From: Amoebophrya sp. A120
Lineage: Eukaryota > Protista > Dinoflagellata
NCBI GenBank assembly: GCA_905178155.1
Contig: CAJINV010000002.1
Span: 12,223,621-12,287,620, forward strand
Direction: 5' to 3'
DNA length: 64,000 bases
Shown here: positions 48,139 to 61,029 of the stretch, one piece after another
Layout: each line of letters starts with the position of its first letter
How positions within the stretch are numbered: position 1 is the stretch's first letter
Position numbers and translations under genes: made by a program
Notes under the pieces: generated by a model
What the model was told of the DNA's origin: nothing
Database searches by the model: none
Seen by the model: the letters and a program-made list of their open reading frames with translations, nothing else

Positions 48139-48206
48139 TTCTTGGGACACTAGGGGTGACGTCGAAAAGGAAAAGACTTTTCTTGGGACACTAGGGGTGA
48201 CGTCGA
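48139..48206. repeat. Perfect 27-bp direct repeat upstream of the coiled-coil gene
   Basis: TTCTTGGGACACTAGGGGTGACGTCGA at 48139-48165 and 48180-48206. Confidence 0.85.
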
Positions 48207-49277
48207 CTTTATTGTTGTTGTTACGGAAGCCAGTCAGTACGTATCTTCTGTCGGACCAAATCAATGCCTAGACTAGACAGGGCGGAAGCTACAAGTCCAA
48301 TTGAATTCAAAACAATTACGGCCTTGACCATCAATGTTTTCGAGCACGAGCTGGTGGTCTAGACTTGCTTACATCAATCCTACCTCGCTTGAAATGCCAA
48401 TGGGTTTGGTGGACCTTGTGTACAGATGCATGCTTGTAGATCTTTACTCAAGCGTAACTTTCAGCGTGACCACGACGTCAACCACACCAATGTTGAAGGT
48501 ATCACTGGGACGAATGGAACCAATGAATTAGCAGACGCAAAAGACACAAACACAACTACGGAAAACATACACTTACGGCGCACAAGTGGATTTATTTTCT
48601 GAAGATGCGTTGACCTGCCTCCACGGCGAGGCGAGTGAGGTAAACTTTTTACTTCTTGTGAACACCCTTGCTGCAACATCACATTGTTGGAGCCGCATGC
48701 GATGAGAATGGCAATAGCCACGTCGCGTCTACTAATTGGTGGCGGACGTGGAGGTGCCAAAACTACACCTGCTCCACCCCCAGCAAGTACAACATCGGCA
48801 TACTCTAACTATGTTTCGCATCTTTCATTCACGGTGGCAACAAACCGGAAGTAAAAGCTGATAAAGCAAAACCAAAAACGAACAGAATTGAAGCATTTTG
48901 TCGTAGGAGCATTCATTTGTAAAGTCGAGGACCTTCACCTCGTGTTCCTAAGAGTCGCGCCCTTCTGCGGCGGTTATAGACGCACCCACTACCGCGGCCC
49001 AAAGGAGGGCATAATGACACAGAAGCTGGCCGAGGTGGTCAGTCTTCTTTGTAGCTGTGGCTGTCTGTTACTGTGTCGCTGTAGTAATGAGACCAGGGTT
49101 AGAGACCATGACCCAGAGGAGATAAGACATAGACTCAGATCATACACTTCTTGTTCATCGACGAGAGTCGGAAATCGAAAAAGACTCGAAGTCGGGCAGA
49201 GGGAGGCATTATTCATTTAGCAATGGATATGCACTCTATTCTCTCTTCAGCTGCAATAAGCAAATCTGACTGCTTAA

Positions 49278-52200
49278 CTAAAGACTTGTGCTTCTGGCAG
49301 CTTCGAAGATTTCTTTCAGGTTGAAGAGGTGGGCTTCTTTCCCACGCACAGATGCAACGACGTCCCCCTCGGCGGAGATGCTTCCTTTGAAAACAATTTT
49401 GTTGTCGTTTGGAATAGTTTCCTCGTGGTCCTCATATCTTGCGGGGACCGGCCCCTGTAGCGCGTCTTGGAAAAAGTTCGATTTCCCCGTCGACGTCGAG
49501 CACGCACGGTTGTCAGCTGCACCGTTCTCCGGTGGTGGTAACACCACGGTTTTTACGTGCACCGCATCCTGCTCGCTAATATCGGTTTCGGCAACAAAAA
49601 ATCCGAACGTGGACTGTCTGGAGTCCCATCGGCTAGGCACCGGGACGACGAATTCTTCGCCGAGTCTGGCACCGCGCGGGAGCAGAACTTCTAACACAGC
49701 TGCCTCCGGCCGTGCCCGTGTCGCGACCGCTGAGGACCTCGCAGTATTTTTCCTGCATGCTGAAGATGAAGATCCAGAGGCAGAAGCTGTCAACACTGTC
49801 TTGGGACGATGGTAAAAACAGTCTACCGTCTTTTCGTCCTCGAAAAAATCTTCCTGTTCATCATCCGGACTTGCTGCCTGGTGAAGTCCTTCCATGAATT
49901 TGGCCCTGCCGACGTCGACCCACGTGCTGCTCGCCCACCTGTCGTCACTCCTGTAGTTCTTACTGGAAGCTGCGGCAGATCGCACAACACGCTGAGGGAT
50001 GTCATCAAAAGAGGACGCTTCGAGTGTCGAATCTTGTTCACCATGTCGTGCTGCGACGGCGCTGGCCTTACTGTTTCGTTTAGCGGTAGCAGGAGGACCG
50101 CAAGTACTAGATACGGCTCCGGCAGGTGGTAAAAGTCGTGTTGTAGCCCGGTGGCTCGCAGGTCGGCTGCTCGTGCTGGGAGTGTGATACCACCGGCGCC
50201 GTTGCTCCTCGTATATGTTGCTTACTTCCGAAAGGGTTGCCGCTACTGTGTCCTTGTCGGTCTCGACCTCGAGGTCGTCCAGAGTGTCGGCGGCCACATA
50301 ATCAGGGCGTGCAAAATCCTCCTCTTGATCGGCTAATACACCTTGTTGGTCCTCGTCCTGTTCAAATCCGCGTGTAAATTCTGCGACGCTAACACCGCCA
50401 CTAATCGGTGTCGTGGTCGTCCCACCAGCAGGTGTCCCATCACAACTTGTCCTTTTCTTCTTCGTTCTTGTTGGCGAATGAAGTCTGCGCTCGAGGAGCA
50501 GATCGGTGCGCCTTCCCTTGTGGTTACCGTTACCTCTGTTCGTGGCAGCACCAGTGCCCGTAGGACGACGTTCTTCTATGACTATGTCGTCTTCCGGCCC
50601 ATTTCTCGAGGACGAGCTGCTGCAGTAGCTCTGCGAGGTCGCACTGGATGTCGAAGAGCTTCCGCCGCTGCTGGCACTGGAAGCTGGCGAGGAATATGGA
50701 CTCGCATCAGGCGAAGCACGGGAATAACTTCTGTTCCGCGAGGAGGACGAAGAATCGCGTCGACCACGACGAGCTGTGCTCCTTCTACAAGAAATCAATT
50801 CTCGCCCGCGGTGCTCATATCGATCTCGATGCAGAGAGGCAGTTCGATTTTCTGCAACCTGCCGCGTACTTCTGCGCTCGTGCGTTTTTCTTAGCGCGCC
50901 AGGCCTCCGGGCGTCGTGTTGATCGGCTGAAGAAGTGTTGTTTACACAACGCCGATTGCTAGTAGTACCCGATCGATCCTTTCCATAATCCCTTTTCGTG
51001 GAACTTGTGATGCTGGATAGCAATTGGCGCGCTCTGCGCACGGAGGAGCTGTTTCTAGTTCTACGATTTCCGTCTGCTGAATGCACAGCTGACCCGATCG
51101 TTGGATAGGTGGCGTCGCTTTTTTGTTGCCCTTGGGGCTGCTGCGGAGGTGCTCCTGGTAACGCTGACTCGTGCGCATCAGCCGCATGAATGTCGTTCCG
51201 GTCGTAAGATTGCAGTTGCCTTCCGCTTTCCTTCCCTATTCCTTGCACCTGCGAACCGCTGTCGGGCATTACACAAGACTGGACGACAGTTGGTGTCTTG
51301 CGCTTTGTCTGCGGCACAGAGATTGTCGACGAACACGGCTGCAGTCCTGATGGGTGTTGCTCGCTTCTATGCCGCTGTTTCCGTACGTGAAGATCGTCAG
51401 AGTTATGCTCTTGATGCGGTGTTTGATGTCCTTCTGCTGCCGGTTCTCCGCCGGCCTTGGAGTTGTCATGCTCCTGCGTATAACTCGTAAAACTGGAGTC
51501 GATTTCCGCAGTTCTTGTTCCGTCATTTGCGATTCCAATTTGCTTGCTGAGCAGCGGCGCTGACGATGTCGCGTGGTATTCACTCTGCTGTCGCAGAGGG
51601 ACCAACCTGCCACCCGCGTGCTGTTGTTCGAGGACGATAGGCGTGCTGGGAACCATTTCTGGTGCATGGTACGGTCGTCGGGAGGAACTCAAGGTAGTTG
51701 GTGCGCCGCTATCCTGATTAGCGGCCCACTGTTGATGAGAAAATGATGCTGCAGCACGGTGACGGTGAGGGTTACTTCGTTCAAGTACGCCTTCTTGGGA
51801 CGCTGAGCCACTGAGCACACTGTGTGAAGGACGGCTCAACATCTGCTCTCCACCGTGGTTGCCGTTCACCAACCGGACGGATGACGTCGAAGGCGCCGCT
51901 GTTCTTCTTGTTGTGCTGGTTTTGCTCATCACCACTTCGGGTTCGTGATAGAGCGAACAGGAAGACGAGTGAGCAGCGGGAAGGTCGTGTGGCGAATCAA
52001 GGATGAACAGTTTGATCCGCAACGTGAACGGCAGTCGCAGATCGTGTGGATTGAGGGCAAGCGCGGCTGGGTTCCGCAACAGAGGAAGCAGGTTCTGCAG
52101 CGTTGTTGCCGAACTGGAAGGTTCTTTTTCTTTTGACAGCATCACTGTCCCTAGCGCTGCGTCACTGCGAAGTTCATTGGTGTTTGTCGTCGTCACAAGT

Positions 52201-55200
52201 AGTGTTGATGAGGCAGTGGCCGATGTTTCCTTCACTCCTAGAGGAAGTTGGTGCTGCGTCGTTTGATCTTCAAAGTTGTTAGTTGCTTCCCGATGGTGTC
52301 GCGGTGAATTCAAATTCTGTGTGCGATGGTAGAATTCGCCTCGATGCTGGCGATCGAGTTGTTGAGAATCCCGTCCGACTTGCGGCGACAACGAGTCTGC
52401 TTCCAATAGCAAGAGATTGACCGACCGCGAGAGCTGGCTCGAGCAGTCAAGCCCTTCTTGTTCACGAGGAGACCAATCTCGCTCCCCCGCGGACTCCTCG
52501 GGAATTGGATCAGGTATGAAAATCGGTTCACCTCCTGCGGGCGGTGCACCACCAGGAACGCGAAGTGTAATGTTTTCTCCTGGCAGAAGCGAGGGCCCGT
52601 GGGCGATCAGCTGCTCGGTTTCCCTGCCGGCCTGACTGGTGCCTAGAGGTAGACGAGCAGGTAACATCATGTTAGAGTAGCTTTGAGATTGTCTTTTCTG
52701 CTGCTGCTGCTGCAAAGACAACGCAGCGAGGCGCGGCACGAGCGGCCGCTGATCGTGATCGTTTCCCTCTTGTTCAATTGCAGCATGCTTGAAGACATCT
52801 GCCGCCGAGTGGTATCCTTTACTGCTTGTGTTTGGGTTTGCGTCAGCAGGGTTCGATGGCGCGCGTGCTGTTGCGTCGTCCTCTTGCATGTTGTTCTTCA
52901 TTGCTGGATCGCTAGCTCTAGCATGGATCTTCTGTTGGCTTGTTGAGCCTTCCGCGCGCCCTCGCTCCACCGCGGCTTCACCAAGAAACTCCTGAATGAT
53001 GTCGGTACTCTGCTCCGCATCCTCGCTGCGCGCGCTCTCCGCCTGCACATGATGAGTGATTGTGCCCTGTTCTCGCGCTGAAGTTGGTGGCACTCGCAGA
53101 GTCGAGCGGAGAATTATGTTTTCGATGTAAAGCTTTGGGTCCAGGAGCGGCGAGCGTGGCGCTTTTGTCGTTCTGCTATTAATGTGGTCGTGGTCATAGT
53201 CGCCGAGCATGTGAGTCCTCTTAGCGTTGCTGGAGAACAAGGGCTTCCTGCTGATAGCCATACTACCGGGCGCAACACTCCCAGCGAGCTTACAACCCGG
53301 ACCACCCATTGTTCCAAGTGTTCCACACGAAACTTGCGGTCCGGGTGGAGCGACATTTTCGAGATATGGTTCCAGGTCATTTTCATGCCGCTTTAGCTCT
53401 CTCATCAGGGACTCCCAGCCGCCCTGTCCGCCTGCGCCTGCGTTTGCTGCGGAGACCTGGTGCAGCCCTTGTTGTTGGGGGCAAGCCTTCTTGAAGTACG
53501 TGTTCGTCCGTGACGAGTTGCGACCTGCTACATGACTTTCAACGGGCGACGCCGAAGGTGGTTCGCGGGAGGTGTTTCTTGTGCGATCGGTTTGGTCCTC
53601 TTCCTCGCGACACTCGTTCCGTGCTGCAAGTGCTACCCGCCCCGGAGATGGAGGAAAAAGTGTTGTTTGCGGAATTCTTGTGTTCTCACCGGCTGGAAGA
53701 TTTTGCGCCAGCGATCCACCTTCAAGTTGTACCGAGACCGTACCCGCAGGTAGGACGGAGCTACCAGACGAGCCAGAAGGACAAATACCTGCTGCGGTTG
53801 CCCCAGTGTTCGTCTTCGACGAAGCGTTTGAAGGTGGGTACTCGATCGTGTCTGAGCCAGCCGCTGCTCTCTCCTGTTCCTCTAGTGCACAGGCTGAGGC
53901 GGGGGCGGGCTGCGGCTGCTCTCTCTCTAGTCCCGCTTGTTGCGCACAGTTCCGTGTTGTACGCGATTCGCTACTAGATGGAGGCGCATCTTCCAGCGAA
54001 CCAGAAGCATGCCGCTCCGCCTGCTTCCGGTTCTTCATCTCCACTTCCGGTTGCTCTTTGCTATGTTTCCTCGACGTGACGCCAGTCACGTTTTCGTTTC
54101 GGTTTTCTTCGACTGAAAAATTTGTTGTCTGTCCAGAATCAACAGCAGCACACACAGCACCACGAGCAGGCACCTCGCTGTTGTTTTCGTTGGCGTCAAC
54201 ATTATCTTCTTCATGAACAGAGACCGTTCTCGCGACGCAGATTTCGCCTGGTGCCGTCGCCGTCGGTGCGGGTGCAGCGCATTGCTCTTTTACAACCACG
54301 TCTCCTGCGCCTTGCAAGTTGGAAGCCCCATCTTGAGCCACGATCTCCGCCTCTGCGTCTAGCCGGTGAGCGTAGCCATGCCCGCCTGGATCGACGTCCT
54401 CGGCGAAGCCGAAGCTTTCTTGCACGGGAATGGTGCTACAGAAGGACGACTGATCCGCGGCCGCCGGCGAGCGCATCGACGAAGAGGACGTGCCACTGTT
54501 TACCAAGCCGGGTGGGGAGCCGGAGTTCAGCGATGCGAGAGCATCCATTTCCAGTGTTTCTTTCAACGTCGGCACGTACAGGACTGGCCGAAAGAACGTC
54601 GCGGCAGTGGTTGTTGCAGCGCCGTGACTCTCCATGACTTGGCAGGATTCTATTTGGGGCGGCGCATGCAGTTCTGCCGAAGCAGATGATGAATCCACTT
54701 GTTCAGCGAGGGTCTCAGCTGCAGCTGGCGCAGCCGCCGATCCTGCTAAAGTCGTCGTCGCTACGGAGGGTGCGGAAGCACGCGTTGGACCCGAATATCC
54801 CGCGCCGGCGCTGGACCCCGTATCTGATCCAGCTCCTCCACCACCAGTAATTCTTGCGAGTGGCTGATCGTGTTCATGGGGATTATTTAGTACTGCAGCA
54901 AGAATTTCAGTGCCGGGGACGGTCGCCGTGCCTCGAGTTTGACGTTGATACTGCACAGATGGTTCTTTCGGTGGACCATAAAGAGCTCGCTGCTCGACGT
55001 GTTGTGGCGCACTAGTAATGTCAAGGAAAACACCAGTGCCTGCACTAGGCGCAGACGGCGCCAGACCTGGTGTCGGCTGGATCCCGGTATAAACCAGCGG
55101 GAGTGGCTGCGAAAACGCAGGAGGCATCAAGGTCGGCTGTTGCAAAAAGGGCGGCTGAATCATGCCAGGCCGAGACGAGAGGCACCGGGAGCCACTCCCA

Positions 55201-58200
55201 AAAGGACCCGGCGCCGACGATGCAACGGTCGAAGAACTGCCACCAGGGCCTGAATAAACTTGCTGCGTCTGCTGCATTGGAAACCGAAAGAAACCACTTC
55301 CACCCAGAGAGGCAAAGTTCGTAACTTGCTCTGGAACAGAAGGAGTGCTTGCATTCCCATTTACAAATCCTGCAGACGCATCAGAAGAATGAAGATGCGC
55401 TTGAACGTGCGATCCTGTTGCTGTCGCGCGTGCGTGTAGTCCATTATGCATTTGCAACGTATTGCGCCCTCGTGGTGCTCCGTGTGTCATGTGGGGCTCC
55501 TGTGCGCCGCCTGGGCGGTCGAGAGTCGTTGTACTAGTTGTCGTGCGCCTTAGTTCGTCGTCGTCGTGGTCCTGCTCCTGCGAGGTTGAACTTGAGGAGC
55601 TCGTGTTCGAGCTTGCAGCCAGACTCTGCGGACTTTTCCCGTGTCGGCCCTCTTGTTGCAGCGTTGTCCTCGTCGAAACGTCGTGTGCAGGGCTCTCACT
55701 TTCGGTCGTCGTATACCTATGCATTGATTATGATTTTTGTAGTAAAGCAAAATATGAACCCTAAACAAGATTTGAAACCCTAGACCCCTATCTGCGTCGG
55801 CCGCTGCTCTGTGCCAGTAGTATGGGAAGTTTTTCTATTTTTTCGAATCAATACATCAAATCTTCTTCAGTCCGACTCGTTCATCAATCTCACCTGATTG
55901 ACTCAGCAGGCTCGACGACCCTGACGCGACTCGACGATTTACTTCTTGATGATTTCGCTCCATTGCGATTATCGTCAATGGAAGACTTGAGTACGGAGCG
56001 CCGCGGCGTCGAAGTCACGACGAGCGGCTGCCTTTTCTTCAACGGCGGGGTCTTTAGAATTTGACTTTCCGATGGAGTACTTGCGACGCGAGCCTGTTCA
56101 GCAGCGTTTTGTATTTGTTCGTGGAGACCATAGCTACTCTTATTCGCATTCGTTCTATCTGCTCCTCGTACTTCTGTCACGGCCGAGTGCTGCCTTTTTG
56201 CCTCGGCATCCCCGTCGATCTCGATTTCGGTTGCGGTTCGGTGAGACAGCATGACCGGTGGTGGCAGGGTCGTAACGGAATCGCGCAGAGAACAAGAATT
56301 CGAGTGTGTGCGAGCCGAACCCGCGTCGCCGACGGACAACGGACCAGGAATGCGTGTGAAACGCGCAGGGATCGCATCGACAGTAGATCCGCTGGTTCTT
56401 CCCGTACTTGCAGCAGGGACCTCCACGATAGGTGTGAGGTGATTAGCAGGGCCATCAGCTGTGCGTGTTCCTGCAGGTCTTGTCTGACGAAAATTCCAAT
56501 GCGCGTCCATGCTTTCTTTGGAGCTTTCCGAGGATGCCAGCCCGGGGGGCCCGCCGGTGGATGACGAACTGCAACTGCTGGCAGCAGACACCGATTCTGG
56601 CACACTCCCAGAGGACCCAGCGGACGAGGAGTGACCTCGCGCGGGCGCTGACGCTCCACCGAAAAATGCTGAAGCAGTAGCAGAAGTACTACTAGCTGGC
56701 GTCGTTCGTGGTCGTGCGGCATGAGAAGGAAGTCCTCGTCGCTGGGGACCGGCGTTGTGCTGGATAGAAGTGCTGACGTGCTGGTCGTGTGCGGCCGCAC
56801 TATTGAGGTCGGCATCTATGCCCCCTCCGCGCGCCGAGGACCGGTTGGAGTAGTTGGAGTGCGCGAGGCCACCACTGCTCCCGAAATTCGTCATTTGGCT
56901 GTAGTTGACGAGCGAGTCGGTGTTGAGACTGGACGCGCCGGGCGGATTGCTGTCGACGGAAGAGACCTCGCTGTGCTCCTCTGAAATGCGGTCCATCACC
57001 ATCGAAAATCTGGCGATCGGGGAAAACACATTAGGCTGCTGATGCGCAGACGGAATCACGGAAGGAGGTGCAGCCGGCATGCCGTGATCATGTGGCAGTA
57101 ACGTCGTTGGCACCGGTCCGGTCGGCAGTTGGCAGCGTGGCTGAGAAGATTGACGAGCCCGTGGCGGGGAGAGAGTTTCATCTTGACCTTGGTCGCGCGA
57201 ACTAGCTGGCGGGGTCGAGAGCTGCGGGGAAGTCACGTTGCATTCCTCGATTGTAGCAGGCCGCCCCCGCAGCCGCAGGTCCTCGGGGGCACCTCCTGCA
57301 ACCTCAACGTGATCACCCTTGTTCGCTCGTCGGCCATTTTTAGCTGGCGGAAACGTAGGCAAACTCCGTGGCGTGACAGTCGTACCGACTCCGGGCACCA
57401 CTGCGGCTGCAGCGTCCTGCGGCTTTTTATTTGCCTTTTTGCTTCTACTTCTGCGACGAGAAGACGAGGAGGAGGATCTGTTGGCTTGCTTCCTCTCCCT
57501 CCGGCCTTCTGCTTTGGCTTTGGCGCCCACTTCCGCTCTTGGTGTAGCGTGCGAGTCCACCATTCGCCCTTGCTGCTGAACAACATCACGAAAAGTCGAG
57601 ATTGGCGGCGGTGGCGGGTGTTGGAGTTGGTGGGAAGATGCCGAGGCGGTTCTCCATCCGGTAGTTGTACCAGTGCCACCTAGTATACCTACATCAACAT
57701 CTCCCTCCACCGCCACATCTTCATAATTTACGCGACGGAGCTTCATCCTAGTGCTTTCGTTTCCGTCTTGTTTTGAGCTCGATGAGGAAGTCGACAGGGA
57801 AGGACTACTGGTATTTAAAATGTTAATGCTGGCAAAAGGAGCTGCTGGCCACGCCGGCCTCGGCCGCTCTACTTCTTGGAAATAACGGCTACTAGTAGAG
57901 TTTGAGTTCGTTGACCTCGACGCATGTCCTTGCTGCGCCGCCCCATCTGCGGCAAAATAGGATTCTCTGAGATCGTGCGCATACCTTGGAGGTCCACCTC
58001 GTGCACGTGCTGCCGCTGCTGCTTCAGCTTCGTCGTCTGATACCCGCAAGTCATCTTCTACTTGTTGAGTTCTTACTACTTCTTTCGTCACACACGCAGC
58101 TGCACCGCGAGAAGCGCTGCTGCTTTGGGTTCTTGCTGTTCGTGCGCTAGAGCCGCTCAATGTGAACATGAAATTTCGCAGATCACTAGCGATCGATCGA

Positions 58201-58943
58201 CGTGTTGGCTGCAACGGAGACGACCGCTGTGTACTGTCGAACTGGCCGAGCAGCTGGTCTCCCTCGAACTGTTTGCCGCCTCTTTCATGATTGCTGGTTC
58301 GGTCTCGCGCACCTCCCGCGCCTGCAGCTCCGACCAATAAAGCCGGTGTACTAGTAGAAGAAGTGGTTGCACTAGTAGAGGCAGTGCCAGTGGCAGTGCA
58401 GTTATAACCAAAATTACGAAGGTCTTCGAGCTCCTTGTAGTCTGCATGTGTTAGACGAGGCGGCGCCGGGACGGGACTTGGTTTTGCCTTGTTTGATGCG
58501 GTCTTGGTATGCGTACTATGCTGAAGAGATGCCAACGGTTTGCTACCTGCTGGTTCCAAATTCAACTGCCTCTTGTGCTGCAGTACCATCAAGTCTCGGA
58601 AGTATCTCTCGTGCTCGTCCTCTGCGTCACTCGCTGCTGGCGGCTCTGCTCCGTGCCTGCCTTCCTTGAGAACTACGGCGCCCGAGAGACAAGAAGAAAG
58701 CTCACGCGAGCCTTCATTTTCTGCTGTCAAGACGATCTTGCTCGCTGCGAGTTGCTTTCCACCATTCTCAAGAAACAATGTGTCCTTAGTCGCAGAAGAC
58801 GTGGAACTGATTTGAGTTTGAGTGCTGGGGATGTTTCCCGGTGTTTCAAAGTGACTTGCCGATATCAAACTATTTCTGACTCTGCCATTGCTAGTAGGTT
58901 TGGATTTTTCCATCTTCATTAGTGACGATGTTGGTGGATACAT
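49278..58943 (-). CDS. Giant intrinsically disordered Ser/Ala/Thr-rich protein (~3162 aa), 2 exons
   Basis: The 1017-aa and 2148-aa ORFs are joined in frame by the phase-2 GTGAGA...TAG intron 55893-55717; no recognisable domain. Confidence 0.72.
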
Positions 58944-61029
58944 CTTGAACTACTAAGAACTTCGACTGCTTCTTCAAATTATGCGTAAGTACTGGCTCAG
59001 TATGTTCCATATACAACACGCCTCCTTGTCCTTCTAGTTGTACAACTAGGGAATAGCGGCGGCCTTTCGTCACTTTCTTTCAACTTTCTACAACATCAAT
59101 CTTCAGCCACACTACATCAGCATTGCAATCAGAATCACCCTTGCGCTGCAGCCGCAGGATGTTGTGCCGCTGCAACAGCAGCACAGAGACAGAATCAATA
59201 AAACCATACATGCTCATAAGTCATTTCTTGGATCTGGTCTGTCTTCAGTTGCTTTGTCTCCAAAGCTGTGACACACATCTGAGTGACTCAGTGCGCACTA
59301 AACATCTATCTTCTACTTCAACCGCTTTCGCTTAGTGCTCATAGTATAATCTTCACGACCGCATCCTGGCATTGTACACGACAACGATCCCTGTCCGCAG
59401 CCGCACGATCATGTATGATCAAAGAATTACAACTGTTCCTCCATGTTTTCCTGAGCTTCACATGCTATACTACGTCACACTTTGCGCAAGCAACACCAAG
59501 CAAAAGTACGCACGAGAACGCCGGAGGTAAACTCCAGTCAATAACAATCCTTTCGCATTCATCGCTCGCCCTATCATGATCCACACACATGCACAAAATG
59601 ATCGCTTTGACAATGAAATCGATCCTTTTTCTTACTTTTGCAACATCTTTGATGTTTCACTTTCATGAAATCGCGACGAGAAGCGAGCTCCTTTTTACCC
59701 TTGCCTCCAGGCGCTGGCGCTGCCGCAGATCCCTCTTCATCAATGATCCACCGGCACTGCAACTTCTTGCAGACTACAACCACATGTTCATGTTCCTGTA
59801 CAAGCTCCAGAAAATAAGCGATATCGCATTTCAACACTTCATCATGCGGGGAGGGGAAACGCATACGCGGCAAGAACTGTGAATCATTGAGCCCGAAAGT
59901 GATCTTCTTCTTTATCTTCAAAGATGATCGTCAACACGACTGCAGACAGTACATATGATGTTTTGTCGAAGTGCATAATCTACGAGACGATTATCTTTCT
60001 CATCTTCTTGCCCTACAGCGTAAATTTCAAGAAGTAGATTCTCTGTCGACGTAAGTTGATGTACTACCGCATTTTATTGCCGCAAGCATCCGAGGAAGAG
60101 TTGGTAATCAGCTCAACACGATCAAGTTGGTGAGTCTTTTTCTGTCCACCGGCGACGTCTTCGTCGAACTGGGGAGAAAAGAAATGCCAGTTGCAGCAAA
60201 AGGCTTGTTTAAGAAAAATCGCCTACTGCTACTCTTGAGTCTTGGCAAACAGTTCCTAAATTGCATTTCAATTCCGCAACCCGGTGCCGGTGGCGTTGCT
60301 TCGATCTTTTTACAAGATGAAACGTCCCAGCGGAGTGTCTTTTGTCATAATTGGAAACTACTGAAACATTCACATTGAATAACGATAGCGAAGATCATCT
60401 CGCGGCGTGCGGTAGTGTTCGCGCAGGTAAAAAATGCGCTAAACCTAAATTAAACTGACTTTGCGCCAGTAAATAGTACCATCTTACCAATACCACTCTG
60501 TCTCAAATATTAATGTCCTCCCGAAATACTTAGAATCCGTACAGGTACACTCAATGTCAGTGTATCCATACGTAAGAAGCAAAGTGTTGGAGAGGACTCC
60601 TCTGCTGGTGTCGCATTTGCATACGACTTCACATCATCATATGTTTAAACTTGCTTTCAACATCAACGCTACTTTACTATGTTGTAGCTGGAAACTTTTT
60701 TATGCCATCTCGATCACGATAGCATCTTCTTATTGTGCTAACACTGGAACTGGTATACAGGAGCAGGACAACTCCAAAAGTTCTTACTTTTTCAAAAAAA
60801 CGGCTACCACTGCACTAGATGACTGTGATGAGCTTGTTGTATGAAGACGATGTAGAAGTAGTAGTAGACGACTACGACGTATTACTTAAAATAATTGTTT
60901 GGTCTGCAGGATGAGTGCGTCATGCACCAGGGGCAGCAAGCTGTTGCTCCTTTTACCCGACTCGCTTCTTGGCCGTTGACTTCGCTTCCTGCATTCGATC
61001 AACCGGTCGTGGTGGATTCTTATTTTCCT

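Noticed and set aside
59574-59921. 115-aa minus-strand ORF
   Set aside because: No ATG-supported start, recognisable domain or linkable splice sites.
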